Assembly (NCBI GenBank): GCA_943787795.1
Contig: CALSNU010000002.1
Location: forward strand, 32,001-96,000
DNA length: 64,000 bases
Source: an uncultured bacterium
GTDB lineage: Bacteria; Planctomycetota; UBA1135; GCA-002686595
Direction: 5' to 3'
Both the position numbers and the translations under genes were made by a program. Positions 27,699-36,518 of the stretch are shown one piece after another. The notes under the pieces were generated by a model. It was not told the DNA's origin. It searched no databases and worked only from the letters and a program-made list of their open reading frames with translations. Within the stretch, counting starts at the first letter, position 1, and each line of letters opens with the position of its first letter.

Positions 27699-28325
27699 AT
27701 GCCTGATTCCCTCCCCTCTTCGACAACTGCCAGTCTCCCCAGCCGAGGGGTGCCTGCTGACGTCCGCGAGCGAATCGTCGCAAGTACGGTCGCCCTGCTC
27801 TGGGACCACCCCCTGAGAGACATCACCGTCAAGACGATCATGGCGGGGACCGACCTCAGTCGGCCCTCGTTCTACCTCCACTTCAAGTCGATCCCCGACC
27901 TCATGGAGGAGCGCCTGGGTGAGCTGGAGAAGTCGCTGATCGAGGCCACCGTTGGCTGGCTTGCGACCGCCGACGATGACCCTCAGACCCTCTGGCGAGC
28001 GCTGCATGCCCTCGTCCTCGTCGTCGAGCCGAACGGTGTCGTGTTCCGCGCGATCTCGGAGGCCGCGACCGTCGACGACCGGCTCGCCGAGACCTGGACG
28101 CAGTTCATGGGGCAATGGGACACCGCGGTCGCGGCCCGGATCCGGGTCGGCCAGGAAGCCGGGTACCTCAAGGACGTTGACCCGGACCTGACCGCCTTCG
28201 CGTTGAACCGCATGAATGCAGAGGTCCTGATCGAGGCCTTTGGCCGTCGTCCGGTGAAGGACTCGGAGTCCATCGCCCGCACCGTCCACCAGATCTGGAC
28301 GAGCACGCTCTACGCGGCTCGCTGA
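27699..28325 (+). CDS. TetR/AcrR family regulator (EthR-like C-terminus)
   Basis: HTH ITVKTIMAGTDLSRPSFYLHF; AFALNRMN, IWTSTLY. Confidence 0.9.
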   Translation: MPDSLPSSTTASLPSRGVPADVRERIVASTVALLWDHPLRDITVKTIMAGTDLSRPSFYLHFKSIPDLMEERLGELEKSLIEATVGWLATADDDPQTLWRALHALVLVVEPNGVVFRAISEAATVDDRLAETWTQFMGQWDTAVAARIRVGQEAGYLKDVDPDLTAFALNRMNAEVLIEAFGRRPVKDSESIARTVHQIWTSTLYAAR

Positions 28326-28427
28326 GCCTCGGTCCTCTGGCCCGAGGGAAGGACACCCGTTTGCCCCACCCATCCTCGCGAGTCCCCGCTCGACCAGGCC
28401 TCGCGCCCCGGGGACCCCGAGCGCCTC

Positions 28428-28469
28428 TGAGCGGCCAGGTCGCCCTTGTGAGCGGCCAGGTCGCCCTTG
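28428..28469. repeat. Perfect 2 x 21-bp direct repeat
   Basis: TGAGCGGCCAGGTCGCCCTTG twice, between convergent genes. Confidence 0.9.
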
Positions 28470-28508
28470 CGCCGTCGGGCGCGACGGGCGCCCGTTCCCA
28501 GCACCCGG

Positions 28509-29093
28509 TCAAGCCGGCTCGTGGCGCGTGAGCCCCTCGAGGGCACGCTCCAGATCGATCGACAGCGCATCGAAGCCGTCGACGGCGTCCAGGCGCTGGC
28601 GCAGCGCGAGGACGAGCTCTCGGGCATGCCCGATGGTCTGCGCGGGTCCGCGGCTGAAGTGACTCCAGGCCTCCTCCGGGCTGCCCGCCGCGTCGAGCCG
28701 CGCCCCGAGGGAGCGCATGTTGTGCAGCTTGTCTGCGGCCTTCACCACCAGCGCTCGAAGGCTCATGGTCTCCACCGCTGCCAGCGCCTCGCCCTTGCGA
28801 GTCTCCCAGGACTCCCCCTTGCGCTCCGTCACCTCGGCAACGACGGCCCCCACCTCTGGCCCGAACTCCTCGGCGACCCGAGCCGCGGTCCAGTCCTCGC
28901 AGTCCTCCACCACATCGTGGAGCAGCCCGGCCTGGATGGTCTCGTCATCGGCGCCGCTGCGCGCGAGCAGCAGGGCCACATGGTAGGGGTGAGAGATGTA
29001 GGGGATCGGGTCCCCCTTCCGGGTCTGGCCCTCATGGGCCAGGAGCGACGCGCGCAGCGCCGCCTCCACACCTTGGGAAAAGAGCCCGACCAT
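28509..29093 (-). CDS. HD domain hydrolase, Mesh1/small alarmone hydrolase-like
   Basis: HEGQTRKG..PYISHP, GLLHDVVED, VTE, KAADKLHN; no synthetase domain. Confidence 0.9.
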   Translation of the reverse strand: MVGLFSQGVEAALRASLLAHEGQTRKGDPIPYISHPYHVALLLARSGADDETIQAGLLHDVVEDCEDWTAARVAEEFGPEVGAVVAEVTERKGESWETRKGEALAAVETMSLRALVVKAADKLHNMRSLGARLDAAGSPEEAWSHFSRGPAQTIGHARELVLALRQRLDAVDGFDALSIDLERALEGLTRHEPA

Positions 29094-29099
29094 CCGCGC

Positions 29100-29948
29100 T
29101 CAGATCTGTACGCCGAGGGGCTTCAGGAAGATGAAGCCCACGATCATGGAGGCCAGCACGAACGCAGCGAGGACGCCCAGGGGCCCGCTCAGGGGCAGCC
29201 ACCCGAGGTCGCTCTCCGGATACACGAAGCTGATCTTCTCCAGTCCGGTCCCCGAGAGCGTGTCCTCTGCGGGCCAGAGGATCGCCTCCAGCGCGCTGCT
29301 GACGCGCTCAGGCTGCATGGACCGGACGCTGACCTCGTCTCCGGCCACGATCGTCTTCAAGATCGTCTTGTCGCCGGCGGTGAGGACGATCTCGTACTCC
29401 CCGGGCTGCTCGGCGATGAACTCGACGAAGGCGCGGCCCTGCCGAGGGATGCGGGCCACCGGTGAGACGGCCGCGAGCCCCTCGGGGAACACGATCTCCA
29501 GGCCTTCGATCGCGTCGCGGTCCCCCACGACCTCGAGGGTCAAGCCGTCGCCCGCGAGCAGCTCCACGTCCGCCTGCTGAATCGGTACCGGCTCGAACCC
29601 GTAGCGAACCACCATCTGCGCGGCCACGAGCGCGAAGGGGATCGCCAGCGGAACGAAGGGCCCGAAGTTGAGCACCAGGTACTGCACGTTCCGGAACAGC
29701 ACCTTGCCGATGGCCTTGCCCACGGTCACCAGGTCGTCCTGATAGAGGCGGATCTCGATCAGGTGACCCTTGATCTTGTCCTTGGTCGCCTTGATGCCCT
29801 TCTGCCAGGAGATGTGCTTGAAGATCCACAGCGCGAGCACGCCGAAGATCCCGCTCACAAAAAGGAGCGCGAACTCATCACTGACCGCCTCGAGGGGGGT
29901 CAGGACAAGGTCGAAGAACGAGGTGACTGCGCGGTTGATCGCGTTCAT
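29100..29948 (-). CDS. 3-TM membrane protein, possible DUF106/EMC3/TMCO1 (Oxa1 superfamily) homologue
   Basis: Amphipathic N-helix, TM1, basic helical segment, TM2 (NFGPFVPLAIPF), about 125-aa soluble insert, C-terminal TM. The CDS is secure; the family is an inference. Confidence 0.7.
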   Translation of the reverse strand: MNAINRAVTSFFDLVLTPLEAVSDEFALLFVSGIFGVLALWIFKHISWQKGIKATKDKIKGHLIEIRLYQDDLVTVGKAIGKVLFRNVQYLVLNFGPFVPLAIPFALVAAQMVVRYGFEPVPIQQADVELLAGDGLTLEVVGDRDAIEGLEIVFPEGLAAVSPVARIPRQGRAFVEFIAEQPGEYEIVLTAGDKTILKTIVAGDEVSVRSMQPERVSSALEAILWPAEDTLSGTGLEKISFVYPESDLGWLPLSGPLGVLAAFVLASMIVGFIFLKPLGVQI

Positions 29949-29993
29949 CGTGGGGCGGGCGAGGGGCCGTGGGATGGGCCGAAGCGTCGAGGA

Positions 29994-30191
29994 TCAGCTG
30001 ATATAGCCGAGGCCCTTGAGCTTCTCGGTGATGTCGGCGTCGGAGCCGGCCTCGTCGAACTGGGCGAGCTCGCGCTCGAGCACGTGGTGGATGAACTCCT
30101 CGTGGGAGGCGTACCCGGCGACCTCGGCGATCTGCTTGATGCGGGTGAGGAGCTCGGGGTCGATCTTGACCTTGTTGGCGGATCCAAACAT
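29994..30191 (-). CDS. Small ribbon-helix-helix (CopG-like) protein with C-terminal LxxLGY tail
   Basis: KVKIDPELLTRIKQIAEVAGYASHEEFIHHVLEREL (beta-alpha-alpha) followed by ITEKLKGLGYIS. Confidence 0.8.
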   Translation of the reverse strand: MFGSANKVKIDPELLTRIKQIAEVAGYASHEEFIHHVLERELAQFDEAGSDADITEKLKGLGYIS

Positions 30192-30221
30192 GGGAAGGTG
30201 GTGGTTGAAGAAGGTTCGGGA

Positions 30222-32348
30222 CTACTGGTTGGAGAGGATCGGGCGACCGACCATTCCCGGCGTCGGGTCGACGCCGTACAGCTTCAGGATCGTCGTGGTG
30301 AGATCCTCGAGGCGCGGGTCAGCGAGCTGAACCGGCTGGTTGGTGAGCAGGACGCCGTTGACGACGCTGGGGTGCATCAGGTGACTGCCGTTGAAGGTGC
30401 CGCCGACGTTGTCGGAGAGGACGGCATTGGGGATGCGCCCCTGGGTGGCCTCGTCGGAGTTGCCGTAGCCCCAGTTGTAGCCGACCACGATGTCGGGGGC
30501 CTCGTCGAGGCGCTCCCCGCCGGCGTAGACAACGGAGGCGAGGTCCGCGCTCTTCACGACCTGCTCGCTCCCGCGTTCGTCGTCGCGGATGGCCTCGAGC
30601 TCGCGCTTCAGCCGGGCGAGGAGCTCGTCTGCTTCCGCGCCAGGCTCCACGATGCCCTGGGACTCCCGGCCCTTGAGGTTGAGGTACAGGCCGTTGAAGC
30701 CCACGCCGTAGGCCGTCGACTTCGACCAGTCCACGGCGTCGGAGATGAAGACGTCCTTGAAGCCGCTGGCGTCCTCGGGGAGCTCCTTCGCGCGGCCCTC
30801 GTTCAGGACCAGGTAGCCGTTCTCCAGGAGCCAGGTGTTGAGGCTGAACTTGCGCCGGTAGGCGGCGAAGCCGTGGTCCGACATGATCATGACGACCGCG
30901 TCGTCTCCCACGCGGTCGAGGACCTTCCCGAGGAAGGGGTCCATCTTGAGGTAGAGGTCGTCCACCACGTCGCGCCAGGTGGAGCCATCTCGGTCCGACC
31001 ACCAGCTCGAGCTCTCGTTCGCGATCGCCTCGTCGAAGAACGGGTGCTCGGGGTCCTGGTGGCGCCACATCATGTGCATGGCGAGGTCCACCGAGGAGAC
31101 GTAGAAGAAGAGCAGGCCGCCATCGTCGTTCGCGACGTAGCGGTCCAGCGCGTGGTCCAACATGCGGGCCCGCTCCAGATAGACCAGCTCCGCCTGAGCC
31201 ATGAACTCGGCGTCGGTGAAGGCGCCGTCCTTGAGGGCGGAGACCTCCTCGGCCATGCCCTGGGTGTAATAGTCGCCGATCGCCGCCGCGAGGTCCGCGG
31301 AGGCCTCCTCGGGAAAGGAGATCGTGTCGACCGGCGCTACCGGATCGAAGTTGACCGGCGAGGCGTAGAGCACGAAGTCCGGGCCGATGCTACGCAGGTA
31401 GAAGCGCACGATACCCCCGAGGTTCATGGCGCCCATGGGCGCCATCTCGAAGCTCACGCGGCAGAAGCGTGACCACTGCCCCGGGCGCATGACCACCCGC
31501 TCGGTGCCCACCTCAACCGTCGCGGTGTTGCTCCGCTCGTCGACGTAGATCGTGAGCGGCGTCGTCGCCACGGGGTCGCCGTCCTTGAGGACGTTGACCG
31601 GGCCCTCCAGCTGCGTCCGGATCGCGCCTCCGCTGACTCGAACGGCGCGGAACTTGCCGCCCGAGGTCTCCTTCTTCGCCGGCGGGTCGCTGGTGAAGAT
31701 GGTGTACGTGCCGTAGGCCGAGTCCAGCGCCGGGGTCAGCATCCCCGGAAAGCTGACGCCCTTGGAGGGCTCGACGGGGAAGTTGATCGGGACCCGGTAC
31801 AGGTCCGCGGGGACGCCGGCCTCACCGAGGATCGTCCAGAAGGCGCGCCCTGTACGGTTGGACTCCGAGCTACCGCCCGTGGGGATCTTGTACCCGGTGA
31901 GCGGGACCTCGATCCCTCCACCCTCCTCCGAGACCACGGTGGAAGGCTCGATGGAGTAGTGCTCCTTGTTGCGGTGGATGAAGTCGTAGACCCCGTGTCC
32001 ACCCGGGTTGCGACCCGTGATGAAGTTGGACCACGCCACCGGGCTCTGGGGCGGCGTGGACGTCCCGAGGGACAGCACGCCGCCCGCGGCGTCCGCGAGG
32101 CGCTGGAAGTTCTTCATCCGGTCCGGATAGCGCTCCATCACCGAGGTGAGGATCTCCGGGTCCATCCCGTCGATTCCGAGCACGACCACCCGCGGGTGAT
32201 CCGCGGGAGGCAGGGCCAGAGATCCGGACTCACGTGCCCCCCGTGACGCCTCGGCGTCGGTGGACTTGCGGAGCGTCGGGACGCCGGTCGCGAGCAACGT
32301 CGCGATGACGGCGAGGGCCACGTAGGCCGTCCATCGGGGGAGATTCAT
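30222..32348 (-). CDS. Alkaline phosphatase superfamily protein (type I phosphodiesterase/NPP-like)
   Basis: N-terminal hydrophobic anchor; VVVLGIDG, QSPVAWSNFITG, D..MH, SDHGF, GSH. Confidence 0.9.
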   Translation of the reverse strand: MNLPRWTAYVALAVIATLLATGVPTLRKSTDAEASRGARESGSLALPPADHPRVVVLGIDGMDPEILTSVMERYPDRMKNFQRLADAAGGVLSLGTSTPPQSPVAWSNFITGRNPGGHGVYDFIHRNKEHYSIEPSTVVSEEGGGIEVPLTGYKIPTGGSSESNRTGRAFWTILGEAGVPADLYRVPINFPVEPSKGVSFPGMLTPALDSAYGTYTIFTSDPPAKKETSGGKFRAVRVSGGAIRTQLEGPVNVLKDGDPVATTPLTIYVDERSNTATVEVGTERVVMRPGQWSRFCRVSFEMAPMGAMNLGGIVRFYLRSIGPDFVLYASPVNFDPVAPVDTISFPEEASADLAAAIGDYYTQGMAEEVSALKDGAFTDAEFMAQAELVYLERARMLDHALDRYVANDDGGLLFFYVSSVDLAMHMMWRHQDPEHPFFDEAIANESSSWWSDRDGSTWRDVVDDLYLKMDPFLGKVLDRVGDDAVVMIMSDHGFAAYRRKFSLNTWLLENGYLVLNEGRAKELPEDASGFKDVFISDAVDWSKSTAYGVGFNGLYLNLKGRESQGIVEPGAEADELLARLKRELEAIRDDERGSEQVVKSADLASVVYAGGERLDEAPDIVVGYNWGYGNSDEATQGRIPNAVLSDNVGGTFNGSHLMHPSVVNGVLLTNQPVQLADPRLEDLTTTILKLYGVDPTPGMVGRPILSNQ

Positions 32349-34510
32349 ACCTTGGCTTGCTCCGTGCTCTGGAGGCGATCAGGCGCGGCGCCGCTGCTCC
32401 CCATGGATCCGAACAGGCGCCTTCCCTTCATGTAGGCGGGGACGTCGACCCCGAAGAGGTCGAGCACAGAGGGCGCGATGTCCGCGAGGGTCGGGTCCTC
32501 GACGTCGATCTTGCGGTTGCACCAGAAGACGCCGGGGACAAGCCGCGGGTCGACGCAGTGATCGCCTGACCAGCTCTTGGTGTTGTCCGAGAACGTCTCC
32601 TTCGAGACGGCGCCCACGGCGCAGTCCCAGGAGTGGCGGAAGCCCCGGTGGTAGCCCACCAGCAGCTCCGGCGCCATGTCGGCGTAGGGGCCATCGTGGA
32701 CCTCGGCGGTGAGGAAGACCTCGTTGACCGCGCGCTCCCCCGACTTGGGGTCGACGAGCGCCTCGAGCTTGTCCTTGATCTCCTTGCAGAGAGCATCGAG
32801 CTCCTCGCCCGGCTCCACCTGGCCGACGCGCTCGCGGCCCTTGCGGTTGATGAAGATGCCGGTGAGGCCGAGGGTGAAGGCCTTGGTCTTCTCCCAGTCC
32901 ACCGTCTCGAACCAATCGCCCGAGGTCTCAGCGCCGTCCTTCAGCACGAGGTAGCCCTCGTCTCGAAGCCACGCGTTGAGGTTCACGCCGCGCTGGAACG
33001 AGCAGAAGCCGTGGTCGGAGACGACCATCAGCAGCGTGTCGTCGTCGCCCTCGAGCTTGTCCATGACCTCGCCAATGAGGGCGTCGGCCTTGCCATAGAG
33101 TTCGGGGATCACGTCCACGAACTCGGTCGTGTCCTTGCCCTCGTTGGCGGGGTGGTCCTTCTCCAGGTAGCGCCAGAACATGTGGCTGACGCGGTCCGTG
33201 GTGTCGAAGACGACGGTGACGAAGCCCTTCTTGGTCTTGTCCAGGACGTCCCAGAGCTGCTTCTTGCGCTCGTCCATGATCAGGTACGCCTGATCGAGGA
33301 ACGCGGGCTCGTCGATCACCCGCTCGTTCAGCGCCCAGGTGTCCTCCGCGAGGCCCAGCGTCGAGAACTTGCCCAGCATCTTGGCCAGATAGATCGAGTA
33401 GACGAAGGGATGGCTCAGCGGCATCGCCGGCGACTCAGGGTCGATGTTGATCGGCGTGACGTAGACGCTGACGGCCTCCTCATCCCAGCGCTGAATCCGG
33501 AGGCGAGCGATGCCCTGGACGCCGTCGAAGGGGATCTCCATCCAGGGCGTGTACTCCCCGACGCCGACCTCCACGGTCTCCTTCCCGATGGTGATCGCCG
33601 CCTTGGCGGTCGCCGCGTCCATCCTGACCGAGAACGGGCACTTCATCGCGATGCCGTCTGCGCCCGGCGGGCCCTTGAGGTTGGACTCGATGGCCTCCGC
33701 CCGTCGAACGACGCGGAATCGCTGACCACCCGTCGCGGCGCCCAGCTTGCTCTCGTCGGAGGTGTAGAAGCTGAACGAACCCTGGGTGCCCTGGAGGTCG
33801 GGGACGCACATCCCTGAGAGCAGCGTGCCGTTCTTGAACTTCTGCGGCGGGAAGGTGATCGGCACCCGGATGATCGACGACCACACCATGTTGGCGCCCA
33901 GCAGCTTCCAGAACGGCTGGCTCTTCTGGAGGATCTTGTAGACGGCACGCTGACCGAAGGGGACCTTCGCGAAGCCGAGGTTGATGTTCCGGGGGACCGT
34001 GCGCGTGTCCGTGGAGGACAGCACCGGCATGTAGGAGCATGGATCCCTGGTCAGGAAGTCGTAGATGTTGTGACGCGAGGCGTCGACGCCAGTTGCGAAG
34101 GTGGACCAGGCCACCGGCGAGATCGAAGGGATCGATGTACCCAGCTCGGAGTGGCAGCCTTGCGCCTGGAGCCGGGCGAAGTTGGGCATGCGGTCCGCGT
34201 ACTTCGCCGCCATCTTCGGGTCGAAGCCGTCGAGCCCGATCACGACGACCCGCTTGACCTTGGCCTTGGTCTTCCCGCGGCGGTAGACCACCTTGATGGC
34301 GGCCTTGAACGGCCAGATCAGGATGATGCCGAACGCGAGCGCGAAGGTTCCCAGGAGGACTAGCAGCGACCCAGCGGCCGCGAACCCAGCCCCAGGGCCG
34401 ATGTAGGCGAGTGGCATCACCACGTGGTCGGTCCCCAGGACGGGGGCCTGGAGCGCCGTGAAGGTCGCCGCCCCACCTGCGAGGATGGAGAGGAGTCGTT
34501 GGGATCGCAT
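32345..34510 (-). CDS. Alkaline phosphatase superfamily protein (type I phosphodiesterase/NPP-like) with AYIGPG-TM anchor
   Basis: VVVIGLDG, ISPVAWSTFATG, DRVSH, SDHGF, WSGDH; ATGA overlap with the downstream paralogue. Confidence 0.9.
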   Translation of the reverse strand: MRSQRLLSILAGGAATFTALQAPVLGTDHVVMPLAYIGPGAGFAAAGSLLVLLGTFALAFGIILIWPFKAAIKVVYRRGKTKAKVKRVVVIGLDGFDPKMAAKYADRMPNFARLQAQGCHSELGTSIPSISPVAWSTFATGVDASRHNIYDFLTRDPCSYMPVLSSTDTRTVPRNINLGFAKVPFGQRAVYKILQKSQPFWKLLGANMVWSSIIRVPITFPPQKFKNGTLLSGMCVPDLQGTQGSFSFYTSDESKLGAATGGQRFRVVRRAEAIESNLKGPPGADGIAMKCPFSVRMDAATAKAAITIGKETVEVGVGEYTPWMEIPFDGVQGIARLRIQRWDEEAVSVYVTPINIDPESPAMPLSHPFVYSIYLAKMLGKFSTLGLAEDTWALNERVIDEPAFLDQAYLIMDERKKQLWDVLDKTKKGFVTVVFDTTDRVSHMFWRYLEKDHPANEGKDTTEFVDVIPELYGKADALIGEVMDKLEGDDDTLLMVVSDHGFCSFQRGVNLNAWLRDEGYLVLKDGAETSGDWFETVDWEKTKAFTLGLTGIFINRKGRERVGQVEPGEELDALCKEIKDKLEALVDPKSGERAVNEVFLTAEVHDGPYADMAPELLVGYHRGFRHSWDCAVGAVSKETFSDNTKSWSGDHCVDPRLVPGVFWCNRKIDVEDPTLADIAPSVLDLFGVDVPAYMKGRRLFGSMGSSGAAPDRLQSTEQAKV

Positions 34511-34911
34511 CGTCGGGAGGGGGGGCGTGGGAAGTGCAATCGGCTGGGCCGAGCGCCGCTGAGTTTATCGGCAATCGGAAGGTCATCCATCCAGCCGAGG
34601 TGGCAGCAATTGCTGAGCGAGCGAGCCCAGGGCGCGATTTGACGCGGCTAGTCCCGGCCGCCGTCTGGGTACGTGCACGGGTGCGGGTACGTTCCAACGG
34701 CGCCACGGTGAGCAGCGGTCACACGCGGGGCGCTTGGGGTCGATGCGTCATCCAAGCCCCCTCTCGAGCGTTGACCGGCTCTGAATCGTCCAGGAACGGG
34801 ACTTGGGGCTCTCGCCAACGGAAGAGCGGCATCGGGACTGAAGTCTCCCGGCCCAAACGGTCGAACGCGTGTGAAGAAGGTGGCTTCCAAGGTCCCCATC
34901 TGAAGAACCCC

Positions 34912-35472
34912 ATGAAGACCAGCCCCAAACTCGCTGCCCGGACCCGCGGCCCGGCAGGACGAGGAGGATTCACCCTCCTCGAGGTCCTGATCACCGTCGC
35001 AGTGCTGATGGTGGGCCTCCTGGCCATGACGTCCACCTCGGTCGTCGTGAACTCGCTTCGCCGGAGCGCGTCCGACCGATCGCGCGCCCACGCCGCGGTC
35101 CAGGCCATCAGCCAGGACCTGCTCTCCGTGGCACGCGTCTCGAGTGAAGACCCGGCGCTCTGGGCCGGCCAGATCCTCCAGGCCTACGGGCCGGATGGTT
35201 CACCCGGGAACGAGCTTCCGATCACCGGGCTCGACCCATGGACGGGCTCAGATCACATCGCCACGGTCACGATCATCACCGACGAGACCGTCACGGACTC
35301 CGCGATCGGGACGGACATCGGCATGCCGCGGGACCTCGATGGGGATGGGCTCGCCTCCAACTCCGACGTCACGGGCAACGCGTCGCTCCTGCCCGCCATC
35401 GTCGACGTCCGCTGGCGCCACGGCGGCGGCGAGTTCGAGGTCCGCCAGGTCGTCTACCTGCTCCGGTTCTGA
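34912..35472 (+). CDS. Type IV pilin-like / pseudopilin protein (PilV-like)
   Basis: Class III signal G|FTLLEVLITVAVL; DLDGDG motif. Confidence 0.88.
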   Translation: MKTSPKLAARTRGPAGRGGFTLLEVLITVAVLMVGLLAMTSTSVVVNSLRRSASDRSRAHAAVQAISQDLLSVARVSSEDPALWAGQILQAYGPDGSPGNELPITGLDPWTGSDHIATVTIITDETVTDSAIGTDIGMPRDLDGDGLASNSDVTGNASLLPAIVDVRWRHGGGEFEVRQVVYLLRF

Positions 35473-35474
35473 CC

Positions 35475-36518
35475 ATGAAGCCCGGCCCGTCTACTCCCAG
35501 TCGAGCCGATCAGGGTGGATTCACCTTGATCGAGGTCAGCATCGCCTTCTCGGTGATGACGGTCATCCTGCTGGCCACCTCGGCCGTGCTCCGCAGGGAG
35601 ACCCAAGGGATCACCGAGCTCCAGACCCTGGGGCAGTCGGAGCAACGAATAGAGGGCGCCTTCCAGAAGATCCTGAGGACGATTCAGTTTGCTCGGGGCT
35701 TCTCGCCCGAGACCAACCTCGTGAGCACCCTCAGTGCGAGCGAGACCGGCGAGGTGCTGATCGGCGCGATCGCCGGGTTTCCACAGAGCGGGTACCTCGT
35801 GCTGGACCGGGGACTCGAGAATGAAGAGATCCTCCGCTACGAGTCGCACGCCCCGACCGGCAGCCAGCTCTGGACCCTGGATCGCGGCGTGGAGGGCACC
35901 GTTGCACGGGGCCACAGCGCCGGGTCATCTGCCATCTGGAGCGGGCTGGCCCGCCCCATTGAGAACCAGACGGACCCTGTCCCCTCCGAGTACGACGGCC
36001 GGACCGACGACCTCAGAGGAGAGATCTACTTCATCGGTCGAGGCACGGGGCTCAGCTTCCAGGTGCCAGTTGACCCCGCGAACACCGGCAGCTACGTCAC
36101 GGGCTCCGGACCTCGCTGGGGAGCCCAGGTGTCCGGCGGAGACGTCGAGGGTGCCTATGGCGCCGTCACCTACATCGCCTCCACCGAGGTCGTCGAGTCC
36201 CAACGAGACTTCGACTTCAACGAGGACGGGGACCTGGACGACACCTTCGACCTGGGCCGAGTCGTCCTCCAGAGCTGGAGCAGTGACCCGGACGAGGCGC
36301 TCAGCATCGGCATGACCCCCTCCATCATCCTCCAGGAGAAGGGCGCCTATGGCAGCGACATGGACGACGACGGATTCGAGGACCCCATGTTCCTCTGGTC
36401 CTCCGACCAGGGCCGCGTCCGCCTCCGCTTCTTTGTCCTCGCTGGCACCATCAACGGCCAAGAAGTCGTCCGGCGCTTCGAGACCATTATCCACCTCTGC
36501 AACGGATCTGCGGAGTGA
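35475..36518 (+). CDS. Type IV pilin-like / pseudopilin protein (PilW-like)
   Basis: Class III signal G|FTLIEVSIAF; DFNEDGD and DMDDDG motifs. Confidence 0.88.
   Translation: MKPGPSTPSRADQGGFTLIEVSIAFSVMTVILLATSAVLRRETQGITELQTLGQSEQRIEGAFQKILRTIQFARGFSPETNLVSTLSASETGEVLIGAIAGFPQSGYLVLDRGLENEEILRYESHAPTGSQLWTLDRGVEGTVARGHSAGSSAIWSGLARPIENQTDPVPSEYDGRTDDLRGEIYFIGRGTGLSFQVPVDPANTGSYVTGSGPRWGAQVSGGDVEGAYGAVTYIASTEVVESQRDFDFNEDGDLDDTFDLGRVVLQSWSSDPDEALSIGMTPSIILQEKGAYGSDMDDDGFEDPMFLWSSDQGRVRLRFFVLAGTINGQEVVRRFETIIHLCNGSAE

Noticed and set aside
34599..34615. TGGCAGCAATTGCT as a sigma-54 promoter
   Set aside because: GG-to-GC spacing is 8 or 11 nt, not the required 10.
34800..34890. GGGACTGAAGTCTCCCGGCCCAAAC loosely resembles part of a c-di-GMP-I riboswitch upstream of the pilin-like genes
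   Set aside because: The GGCAAA...GAAA first-stem elements are missing. An Infernal/Rfam scan would be needed; not supported by eye.
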